A stretch of DNA of 64,000 bases from the human T2T-CHM13v2.0 reference genome, Homo sapiens: assembly GCF_009914755.1 (NCBI RefSeq), contig NC_060941.1; one strand, 5' to 3'. The position numbers and the translations under genes are program-made. Under the pieces are notes generated by a model. That model saw only the letters and a program-made list of their open reading frames with translations, made no database searches and was not told the DNA's origin. Shown in pieces: positions 14,318-25,269 of the stretch; within the stretch, counting starts at the first letter, position 1; the number at the start of each line of letters is the position of its first letter.

Positions 14318-14395
14318 GGCAATGGGCGTCTGGTTAGCTTTCAGTTTCTTAGATGAGGATTCTGAGGTACAAATGTCTCCTCTTTTGTTAGGGCT

Positions 14396-14403
14396 CTTAT
14401 ATA
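14396..14403 (-). promoter_or_regulatory. TATA box (TATATAAG) of KRTAP3-2
   Basis: cttatata on +, about 80 nt upstream of the ATG. Confidence 0.85.
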
Positions 14404-15721
14404 CCCTCCCAAGTGGGCATTGGTCCAACTGGAAGCCTTCCTGTTTTGTTTATGGCACCCTTTTTCACTGAGATTCTCTAATCAGTTTGTCATTTACATG
14501 TCCATTAAGAGTTCCCGCTCTTATTAAGTTAATCATATTTTTGACTCATTGACTTGTCATTTTTGTCACAAGATCATCACATTTTGTCTTCACAGGTTTC
14601 TGGCATGCCAAACCTTATATGACTTTTATGGGTAATCAATCCAAGTGACAATTCAGCTGTAATTTTGGAGGCCAAACTCTTCTTGTTTTTCCCTCTTAAT
14701 TTAAAATACTATGGATAATGTGATTTCTAATGACTAATTTCAGAATGAGTAACTCAAATGATGAACTGGACCATTTTCAACTCAATAAAGTCAACAAGAA
14801 TATGGCTATTTACAGATGAATGTTTCATGTGACTACAGGCATCTCGGACATGTTTGCATTATTTAGTGATATTATAATTCAGGTTCTATTGAGCAAGCAA
14901 AGTGGTAGAATGGTACAGGATGAAGAAACTCCTTTTTATTATTTTTATTAAATCTGTAGTGAATTTCTCAATGTTGTATTATTCTATGGATTTTTTTTTT
15001 CTAAAATAGTCTCTATTCTCAAAGTTATGCCAATCTTGTGGTGAATCAAAGTATAAATTCATTGGAAGGAAGGATCCACACAGTGGCCATTCTTTGTTGA
15101 ATATACCACTAAAAGAAAACCACCTCAGCCTTGATTCATTTTCACATGAATGGTGTACATACTTTAAAATAAGATGAAATAAGAATTAAAAGGAGAAACC
15201 ACAAGAGTCACAGAACAATCATGGATTTTGGCAGGGAATCTGACTCAATGCAATTTAGAACTATGGCATTCATAAAAATCACTTTTTCACTGACTTACTC
15301 CCTACTTTGCATGTTTATTTGTTTTCATACCTTGGATCTTGAACTAGATTGAAATTCCTTTGAGGTATGCCTTAAACAACATTATTTACTTAAGTCAGCC
15401 AGAGATTGAACTAGATAATATCAAATGTGTAATATTCTAGATTCCAACATCTTCCTACACCTGTCCATGATCAGCACAAATCCTTTCAGATAATATTGTA
15501 TAATTTAAATTACATACTCGTTATGTGGCAATTTGTTGACTTAACAGAAAGCAAAGATTCCGGGTAGGTTGTTTCTGAGGGGACATTACCAAAAACCAGT
15601 ACGATCTACTTAAAAGAGAAGAAAGCTGGCTAAAATCAGTGGAAAATATCAAATGTCATTGGTAGGTAAGCCTTATACGTTATACGTTAAAACAACCAGT
15701 TTATCTTTTTCTTTAACAACA

Positions 15722-16115
15722 AAAATATGTGGTACATATATGCCATAGAATACTATGCAGCCATAAAAAATAAGGAGCTCCTATCCTTTGAAGAAACATG
15801 GATGGAGCTGGAGGCTATTATCTTTAGTAACTAATGCAGAAACAGAAAACCGAATACTGCATGTTCTCACTTATAAGTGGTAGCTAAATGATGAGAACGC
15901 ATGGACACATAGAGGGGAATAACAGATGCTAGAACCTATCAGAGGGTGGAAGGTGGGAGGAGGGACAGGATCAGGAAAAATAACTGGTAGGTACTAGGCT
16001 TAATACGTGGGTGATGAGATAATCTGTACAACAAACCCCCATGACACCAGCTTACCTATGTAACAAACCTGCACAGGTACCCCTGAACTTAAAAGTTAAA
16101 AACAAAAAAACAGAA
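15722..16115 (+). mobile_element. L1 (older L1PA) 3' end
   Basis: atggatggagctggaggc, catgttctcacttataagtgg, aaacctgcac...ccctgaacttaaaagttaaa and A-tail. Confidence 0.9.
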
Positions 16116-16181
16116 AACAGCTTCAAATCATTTTTATTAGCAGGAATTTACAACAAATGCCAAGGGTGTCGAACATCATAC

Positions 16182-17079
16182 TGTTACCAGATGGTGCCAT
16201 GCAGTTCCAGGCTTTTGGTGTCCCAAAGAATTGGACGAGACACCCACAGCAAAACAAAGAAACAAAAGTGTATTAAGCACAGTATTACACTCTAAGAGGG
16301 GGAGAGCAAACCAGCCTCTGTGAGATGAGATCAGCCCCCAGCTTGGTGCAGTTTGCGTCTTTGTGTGTGTGTGTGTGTGTGTATGTGTGTGTGTGTGTCC
16401 CTTCCCAAGGCTGCCTAATCTCTAGCCAGTGTTTGCCTCTTTGATTGACAGGTGTGTTGCTTAGTTACTTTGGCCCCTGTGTGCTTGCGCACCACCTCCA
16501 GCCCATAATTTTAAGTACATACATGATATGCAGTCCATATGCATAAGCCTGAATGAGCTGATTTTCATACAAGGTCATGTTAAGGATACGTTTTCTCTTT
16601 AATGCACATGCTTATCCATGAAGAGTTGCCCCTTACTGGTTTGGTCCTTATCTTGCCGGCCATGGGGGCCTTGCTTTCTTCTCTATCTTACTTTTTGTTT
16701 TGGCTGGAGTGCAGTGGCATTCTCTGCTCACTGCAGCCTCTACTTTCTGGGATCAAGTGATTCTCCTACCTCAGACTCCCAAGTAGCAGCTGGGATTACA
16801 GGTGCCCGCCACCACACCCAGCTAAGTTTTGTATTTTTTGTAGAGAGGGGTGTTTCTCCATGTTGGCCAGGCTGGTCTTGAACTCCTGATCTCAAGTGAT
16901 CCACCTGCTTCGGCCTCCCAAAATGCCAGGATTACAGCATGAGCCACCGCGCCTGGTCTAACTTCTGCTTCTTATCTTGCTTCTTGCTTACCTGCCCCTT
17001 CACCTTGCTTCTGGTCTCTGCTTTTATTCACTCCACCCTTTATCCAAGTTTTAATTCCCTTTGCTAGTCTCCTGCCTCA
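16182..17079 (-). mobile_element. ERV1-class solo LTR interrupted by (TG)n and an Alu
   Basis: TG...CA termini with exact 4-bp TSD atac (16178-16181 / 17080-17083). Confidence 0.75.
16691..16959 (-). mobile_element. AluS with a short deletion near its 3' end
   Basis: ggctggagtgcagtggc...gagccaccgcgcctgg. Confidence 0.9.
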
Positions 17080-17982
17080 ATACCTGCACTTTACCACTGA
17101 AGAACAGATAAGCAAATTCAAGTGGCTTTCCCAGTATATTATAAAATTCAAAGTTAATGAACTAGTATTGAAATCGTCAAGGAAATGTTTAATGTTTACT
17201 TACTCTTGACTTACCAGTCTCTCTCATCTAGAAGCCAGTGGCTTGGCAAGTAGAATATATGAAGAAGACCCTCTCCCATTCTCTGTGTTCTCTCTGACTT
17301 CTCTTTTAAAATCGATTTTGAAATATTATATAGATTCAGGAGATCTACTGTACAACATGGTGACTATAGTGAATAACCATATATTGCATTTTTGAAAAAC
17401 GCTGAGAGAATGGATTAAGTGTTCTCATCACAAAAATGATAACTATGTGAGTCACGCATATGTTAATCATACAGCACATTACATAAAGTGAAGGCGGGAG
17501 TCTCCTAGGTACTTTACCCTCTGTGACCTCGTTCATACTGTTTCTTTAGCTTAAAGTGACCTTTCCCAATTCTCTAGTTTCCAAATCCTGTTGATCCCTC
17601 AAGATTCAGCCAAACATCCCCTTCATAAAGAAACTCTAGGTGATTCTTCTAGATGTTTGCATCCTTTTCTCTGCTCTCACAAAATGGGCTGCCTATTCTT
17701 CCCTTTCAACCTCATTTCTTTCTGCTATATTTTGTAGTTTGTCACTTAAATTTGTTTTCCTCACTCCAATGCAAGGTTCTTGGAAGTGGTAATCGTATGT
17801 TAGTTTTATTTGTCTTTTTCAAGCACCTAGGACAATGCCTGAAACAGGGTAGGCATTTGATAAATATTTGTTGAATTGGATTACATTTCAGATTAGAATT
17901 AAAAAGGTATTTATTTATTTTTATAATGGCCTTTTATAACAGTAACACTTTATATAAAGAGAGTGATTCATTTTTTGTGTGA

Positions 17983-18302
<320 letters not shown>

Positions 18303-18923
18303 AACATTTTTAAATTCAAAGATTTACCTAAATGAGACAGCGAAAAAAATGGGCTTGGCTCAATCTTTGAGGTCCTTTCTGTGAGCATGTTGATCTCAAA
18401 TTGCTAGCTTCACTGCCTCTTTAAGGACACGTGAGTTTATTTAGAGGCAGGGAAAAAATAAAAATCAAAGGTAGATGCTGACCTTGGCATTTAAAACGAT
18501 TCTAAGCTTAGAGCCTAATGCATTTCACTATCCTCACAGTTTTCTTCAGGTATCTACGTATGCCTGTGAGGCCTCTTTTTGGCTATGAAATTTATGTTGA
18601 TGTCATCAGAAAGTGTAATTCTGCTGGATGTATTTTTAAGTTCATGATGCATGTGTCAAGAGTCGTTGGGTAATTATAGCATTAAATGTTGAGGCAGTAT
18701 GTGGTTTGGGGAGTAGTGGTGTTTATTTAGTTTTGAAGTAAGGGGATCCATGGTAGCATTTTTTTTCCCATTTCTCATTTGAAATCATTGTTCAAAACAG
18801 GAAAAGAAAACTTCTGTAAAACTGAAGGCACAGTGCTATATTTTCTTCCAAATGGCCTCATTAAAGGCCATTTGCTGAGCAGCGCTTAATGACTACTGAA
18901 GGTCCTCAGGGTAATGTGGGCAA

Positions 18924-19224
18924 GCTCTTTGGCTAGCAGCAAGGTGGTTCACACTCTGGATGCAGGTGGTGACAGAGAGCCCGCTCAGGGTTGGAGCTGG
19001 GTGGCATTTGTTGAGCAGTCAACAGGATGGCACATAGGAGTCAGGCATGCAGCCAGGCAGGGGCCAGGTTCACAGCAGGTGGGCTGAAGGAGGCTGATCT
19101 CATGAGGACAGGTGCTGGGTAGGCAGACTTCACATTGACAGCTTATGTCAGAGGGGCAGATAGTGGTGGCCAGGCCAGTGGGGACGCTGCAGCATCCTTG
19201 GAGATAGGAATCACAGCAAGACAT
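18924..19224 (-). pseudogene. KRTAP3-4P: KRTAP3-family unprocessed pseudogene
   Basis: [51 protein letters not shown]; 1-bp deletion near 19070; shifted frame reads ...[29 protein letters not shown] (TGA at 19019-19021); second frameshift near 18955, then CEPPCC*PKS (TAG at 18933-18935); closest to KRTAP3-1. Confidence 0.9.
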
Positions 19225-19296
19225 AGTGACAGTGGACCAGGACAATGTTTTGTGGCAAAGGAAGGCTTTCTTCTACAAGGTTGTCCTCTATGGGTC

Positions 19297-19303
19297 TTTT
19301 ATA
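19297..19303 (-). promoter_or_regulatory. Intact TATAAAA upstream of the pseudogene
   Basis: ttttata on +, 73-79 nt upstream of the ATG, similar spacing to the paralogues. Confidence 0.75.
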
Positions 19304-19539
19304 TCCACCTATCTCAGGGAACACGGCTTCTGTCCATCAGAATGTTGGACGGAACATCCTTGTTGCTGTTTACCTAATTCTGTAAAAATAACTCACTAAC
19401 TTCTTATGTATCAGACAGGGGATGAGCTATCCTTCAGTTTTATTTAGTTGTGTTGCTGCATTCAAACTTGCTTTCTGTTGTAGTTTCAAAATGGTGTCAG
19501 TGTAGTTTTCCACTTACTCACATGTAGACACATCCATAC

Positions 19540-19683
19540 TGTATTAGTCTGTTCTCATGCTGCTATAGGGACATACCCGAGATTGGGTAATTTATAAAGG
19601 AAAGAAGTTTAATGGACTCACAGTAGACCCACCTCAGCCTCCCAAAGTGCTGGGATTACAGGCACGAGTCGCTGTGCCTGGCC
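19540..19683 (-). mobile_element. THE1/MST LTR end (19540-19624) fused to an Alu 5' end (19625-19683)
   Basis: tgtattagtctgttctcatgctgcta...aatggactcacagt joined to cccacctcagcctcccaaagtgctgggattacagg. Confidence 0.85.
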
Positions 19684-20298
19684 TCAATAACAATTTGAAG
19701 GAAAAATGAAATATCTTGTTTTTTATTATATTATCAAGGATAAACAATTATTAATGTTAAGGGCAGTTGTTTTACCTTGATTATTGATGCTGAAGTTGAA
19801 CTGAAAATGTGTTTGAGTTGCCAAACATTCTGCATTTCAATTCAAAGTTAATGATGCAGCCAATATTTCTTCTCTGCTGACACTGCTAATCAGTAAAGTC
19901 TGACTTTTTAAAAAAGGTTTGTTCTTAACTTAGAAACACGGATACCTTTTTTAATACTCATTGTATACACTCATTTTATTTTAGACTATAATCACCACAG
20001 AGAAAACAGAGAAAACAACAAAAGATACAATTGACAGGGATAGTAGAGAATATATTGTCAAGTGTCATATACTTTCTCCTGAATAAAGAGAGCCACCTAT
20101 AGTCACATTTCTCTTTGACATATTGCTGTCTGTGGGGAAGGTGAGTGCTTTGGTGTAGTGGAAAGAGAAGGGACTTCGGACTTAGTTTGGGGTTTAAGTC
20201 CTTCTCTCTCACTTATGATTTATGTAACTTTTGCAAGTAATTTAGTCTTTCTCAGCCTGAGTTTCTGCACCTGTTAGTGGCCTTTCTTCACCTGTTAG

Positions 20299-20762
20299 TG
20301 ATGCAGGGCAGGGGAGCCCCAAAGTGGGGCTTAGCCTGCAAGGGTTCTTGGCTTTGCCTAGGGAAGAATTCAAGGGCAAGCCAGAGGTAGAAAACAGCTT
20401 TATTGAAGCAGCAGTGTTACAGCTCTGTGATTGCTCCTGCAGAACAGGGCTACCTCTGTAGGCAGAGAGTAGCAGCTCAGGGCAGTTTTGCATATTTCTA
20501 CCTACTTTTAATTAGATGTAGATTAAAGAGTGGTTTGTGCAGAAATTTCTAAGAAGGAGTAGTAAGTTTTAGGTCATTGGGTCATTGCCATGGAAAGGGG
20601 TGGTAACTCAGGTGTTGCCATGGCAATGGTAAATTGACACAGCATGCTGGTGGGCATGTCTGATTGGAAAGCTGTTTCTGTCCCCATCCTGTTTTAGCTA
20701 GCCCTCAATTTGGTCCAGTATCTGAGCCCCGCTTCTGGAGTAGAGTCCCACCTTCTACCTCA
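20299..20762 (-). mobile_element. ERV1 (MER4-group) solo LTR
   Basis: TG...CA termini, exact TSD ttag (20295-20298 / 20763-20766), AATAAA and CCAAT on the minus strand. Confidence 0.8.
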
Positions 20763-21371
20763 TTAGTATGTCCAGTAGATACTCACTCAGTGTGAGCTAT
20801 TCCTAATGAAAGCAGTAAAAGTAATGAGGTAGAATGGGCTTGGTTAGTTGCATGGGGTACTTGTTACTTAGAATGCTTCTGGATGATCTAGAATCATAGA
20901 ATGTTAAAACGAAAAGCAACCTTAGAGATGGTGTGATCAACCAACCCATTTTACTGCTTTAACACCTGAGACCCCAAGAACTTAATTGACTTGCTTAGGG
21001 CCACAGAGGCAGCTCAAGGCAGAGCCAGGACTAAAACAACACATCTTCTGGTTTCCAGTTGGGGATTTATAACTAGGCCAGGGCCCGTGAATGCTAAAGA
21101 CCATGGTAGTAGTAATAGGAACTTCGAGTTATTTTAGGTATTAAAAACAAACTCTAATTTTTATCCCTTACTAGCATGTATGAAAACATGAAAATTCTTT
21201 GTTTTTGACTAGAAAAAAGGTAACTTGGCATGGTAACAAAGGTTATTCTATAGTAATCCTAAACATTTAATTGATATTTATAAATGTATTTATGAACACA
21301 AATGAAGGAATTAATAAACATTTTTAAGAAAGCCATTTGGGAAAAATACATATTTCAAGAAATAAAAAGAT

Positions 21372-21818
21372 GCCCAACCTACGTATCCATCATCCAATGA
21401 GTGGATAGAGAAACTGTGGTATGTATACACCATGGAATACTACTCAGCTGTTAAAGGGAATGAAACAATGTCTTTTGTGGCAACTTGGATGGAGCTGGAG
21501 GCCATTATTCTGAGTGAAATGGAGTGGGAAATTACAGGAATGGAAAACAAAAAACCATGTTTTCACTTATAAGTGGGAGCTAAACTAAGTATGCAGATGC
21601 ATATGGAGTGATATAATGGACTTTAGAGACTCAAAAAGTGGAGGGTGGGAGGGAGGCCAGGGATAAAACACTACACATTAGCTACCATGTATACTCCTTG
21701 GGTACGGGTGCACTAAAATCTCAGAATTCACCACCACTATATAATTCATCCATGTAACCAAAAACCACCTGTAACCCAAAAGCTACGGAAATAAATAAAT
21801 AAATAAATAAATAAATAT
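21372..21818 (+). mobile_element. L1PB-like 3' end with (TAAA)n tail
   Basis: tacaccatggaatactactcagc, caacttggatggagctggaggccatt, gggtgcactaaaatctcagaattcaccac; flanked by aaaagatg on both sides. Confidence 0.88.
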
Positions 21819-22001
21819 TTTTAAAAGATGTCTTTTGGTGAGAAAGTTGGGAACTTCCATATGGCAGTAATGGTGAGAGTCTCTCATGTGTAACAGGTTG
21901 ATGCTGTGGACACGGTGGTTTCTACACTTCAGGGCATCTGGTCCTCACAATAATCCTGAGACAAAAGCAGGGCAGAGAGTAATAACAAGCTAACTGAGCC
22001 T

Positions 22002-22051
22002 GTAGGAAACCAAGCTATAGGTAGGAAACCACGCTATAGGTAGGAAATCAC
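22002..22051. repeat. 19-bp tandem repeat, about 2.6 copies
   Basis: Units gtaggaaacca(a/c)gctatag at 22002 and 22021, partial third at 22040. Confidence 0.9.
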
Positions 22052-22117
22052 TTTAATAACAGGGAAATTGAGACTGAGAGGGAAGCAATTGGCCCAAAGG
22101 CCAAAGGCAAGTCCAAA

Positions 22118-22153
<36 letters not shown>

Positions 22154-23004
22154 ATCACAATACCTTTATTTTTTGCAAAGACCTAATTGCACCTAGATTT
22201 TTCTAAGATAAATAAGGACATGAATTAGTGGTTATCGTAGTAGTTTTGTTCTAATAGAAACTGTGTGTTTTTGCTCTCAGAATTGTGTGACTATTTCTGG
22301 TGTATAGAAAATACTACACTGTAGTCTGATATTTTAAGCATATTTCAATGTCATGATATTATATGTCACTTAGACTAGCAAACTTCTAATCATAGTCATG
22401 ACTAATGTAAACCAATGTAAGCCCCATTTGAGGAATCAATGAATACTCGATAAATGCTAACATTAATTAAAAATGGATTGTTTTGGAAGACAGCATATAT
22501 GAAGAAATGGATATATACACTTCTCAAAATTGCTTTGCATTTTGAGCTCAGAATTTCAGATGACTGTGAGGACTAGGATAATCAAATTATTTATACACAC
22601 CAGCACAGTGATCAATTCATTTAGTCAATTAAGGAAGAAAGAAAAATCAATGTCAGAATCAATGGAAACTAAAATCAAGTATTTTTAAAACATTCTGTTA
22701 ATCTCTAGACTCTAGCATAGTGCTTGCACAGTGGATGTCTTCCAATAATATCTATTAAATAAATATCTGTTAAATAAAAAGCTTCTATAAAATGAACTAC
22801 CACATTTTTTACTTTTTAACTTATCACAAATAACCAGTATCTATTTTTTCGATAAATTCCACTATGAGAGCTCTTATTCTGTTGGGGTAAATCTTGGATA
22901 GTGTGATAACCTACTGTTCAGGTTTAGGTAGGCATTCCACTTTCCCTAATGGGAGACATGAAAATAAATAATCACAAGGTCATATTTGCTAAGCCAGAAT
23001 AAAG

Positions 23005-23010
23005 TTTATT
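23005..23010 (-). terminator. PolyA signal AATAAA of KRTAP3-1
   Basis: tttatt on +, about 230 nt past the stop. Confidence 0.7.
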
Positions 23011-23241
23011 AACAAATGGTCAAAATGGTTATTTCTCAAAGAGTGATGAAATAGCCTAAAAGACAGAAGGGAGGTCTCCAATGGTACCCAAATGTGCAAA
23101 TAATTAAGAAGATTCATCAAGACTTGGCCCCGGGGATTGGGATGGCCTTAGCCTTGATGTAGGCAGTAGTGAGTGCTGAAGCCCAGATGGTGCAGAGGAC
23201 ATTGGGCAGCCACCTCACGGAACCTGTGCAGACTCGGCTGG

Positions 23242-23538
23242 TTAACAGCGGGGCTCACAGGGACTCTCACAGCCAGGCTGAACATAGGTGGTCAGGTTGA
23301 TCCCACTCAGTCCGGGAGTCGGGTGACAGTTGTTGAGCAGCCAGCAAGTTGGCACATAGGTATCAGGCTTGCAGCAGGGTGGGGGGCAGGTGTCACAGCA
23401 GATGGGCTGAAGGAGGCTGATCTCATGTGGGCAGGTGCTGGGTAGGCAGACTCCACAGCGGCAGCTTTTATCAAATGAGCAGAAGGTGGTGGCAGGGCCG
23501 GTGGGGACGCTGCAGGAGCGGAGAGCACAGCAATACAT
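23242..23538 (-). CDS. KRTAP3-1: Keratin-associated protein 3-1 (98 aa)
   Basis: [45 protein letters not shown]...ESPCEPRC. Confidence 0.97.
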   Translation of the reverse strand: MYCCALRSCSVPTGPATTFCSFDKSCRCGVCLPSTCPHEISLLQPICCDTCPPPCCKPDTYVPTCWLLNNCHPTPGLSGINLTTYVQPGCESPCEPRC

Positions 23539-23614
23539 GGCAATGGGAGGTGGGTTTTTGTTGAGTTGAGAGAAGTCTGTTGGTGTCTCGATGCTCCTCT
23601 CTTCTGCTCTGGCT

Positions 23615-23622
23615 CTTATATA
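23615..23622 (-). promoter_or_regulatory. TATA box (TATATAAG) of KRTAP3-1
   Basis: cttatata on +, about 80 nt upstream of the ATG. Confidence 0.85.
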
Positions 23623-23830
23623 CCCATCTCCCTGGGCGTCAGCCTATTACTGAGGGTTTTTCCCCCATGTTTCAGTTTATAGTTATTTCCATAAAAAATG
23701 CCTAATTACTTAAGTGTTTATTACCTAAGATACACTGCTCACCTCATAAAAGAGATTTAGGTTGTTTTGTTGTCAAATTAGGACTATTCACATTGCCAGT
23801 GTGTCACTACACAGAAATCTTCATTCCAGT

Positions 23831-23838
23831 CTTCAAAG
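23831..23838 (-). promoter_or_regulatory. Candidate LEF1/TCF site CTTTGAAG
   Basis: Exact motif about 210 nt upstream of the TATA box; this motif is established in hair keratin and KAP promoters. Confidence 0.55.
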
Positions 23839-24618
23839 GTACCGGGCCATTATCTTCTAATCATTATACCCTCACTAATAATGGCTCGGTATGCCAGGCA
23901 TCTGCAAACGTTTCCCACTTCTTTTGTTTACTTTTCAGATGAAGAGGACAAGTAAGCTTTTTGTTTGCTGTTCTACCAGTGACTACAGGTTCTATGTGAT
24001 CCTTTAGGCCCTCAGGCTGAAAAAGTGATATAACATTTTAGATTTATTATTTGTGGCTCCAATAAACTGAATGAAGATGAATGGATAGAATCTATAGAGA
24101 AATAGATTTTGGTTTTGTGTAAAGAGGCACTTTCAAACAGAGCTATAACAAATCGTTTGTTCTGCATTCCTTTCAAATATGCTCTGAACAATAACTTGGT
24201 AAGAACATGCAGGTGGGAATGAAGACCTTCATGGGTGACAAAGATGGGTGTCCTTTAAGCTCCATCCAACTGTGTTATAAATGGAGATTATTTATAACCA
24301 AAAGGCTGGTTGTATTGGGCCATTCAGAAGCTAAATGATGCAGTATTTACCAGACTGAGTTCCATGAACACTGGTTCCAAGGGACTTGAAAGTGTTTTCT
24401 GGTAAGTAAGTTTGGGAAATGCTGAATTCTTCATTGTTGGGCCTCTCGGAGCCTTTAATGTGCTAAAATGCTCTATGACTTTTCAATACAGAGATATAGC
24501 ATATATTTTTCTCCAAACTTACTTGACCATGGACTGCTTTTTGTTTGTTTTCAGAGATTAGCTCTATAGGTCAGTGCTTTATGAAACATACTTGGGGAGA
24601 TTTAGCAACATCTTACAG

Positions 24619-24826
24619 CAAGCTTGTTCAACCTGTGGCCCAGAAAGGCATTGAATGCAGCACAACACAAATTCATAAACTTTCTTAAAACATTATGAGA
24701 TTTTTTTGTGATTTTTTTTCTTTTTTTGCTCATCAGCTGTCATTAGTGTTAGTGTATTTTATGTGTGGCCCAAGACAATTCTTCTTTCAATGTGGCCCAG
24801 GGAAGCCAAAACATTGAACACCCCTG
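24619..24826. mobile_element. hAT-Charlie MITE (MER30-like)
   Basis: caagcttgttcaacc...attgaacacccctg; 8-bp TSD tcttacag / tcttactt (6 of 8 match). Confidence 0.8.
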
Positions 24827-25269
24827 TCTTACTTCCAGGCTCTGTGGTCCAGAATAGAGACATTTCCGAGTTTCATCTAAACCACTAAAACTCTAAAAAT
24901 AAAGTTTTAAAAGTAGATAAAGGTAGAAAATTTAGTATGATGATTTAGAATTACTTTAGAATATGAAAAATACTAAACTGGTAAAACCTTTAGAAATGGC
25001 TTACTTAGAAAGGCTTAAAAACATGTACATATTTTCTTGACCCATTTTTTCAGATAAGATGGCTCAAGTTCTAAAGTAGAAAATTGCACAATGCAGAGGA
25101 ATCAGAAGCCAAATGAGATGCAAATCAACAAGATGTTGGATTAAAAAAATGCTTAGCATGAAACTGCTTTCTTTTTAGCCATTTTCTTATTGGAATGATT
25201 TTGCAGTTTTGGATTCCTATGCTAGAATTTACATCTCTCTTAGATATTTACATATCAAAATTAGAATTT

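Noticed and set aside
14318-14428. N-terminal extension giving a 135-aa KRTAP3-2
   Set aside because: It starts upstream of the TATA box (14396-14403), so it lies outside the mRNA; paralogues start at the MDCC methionine.
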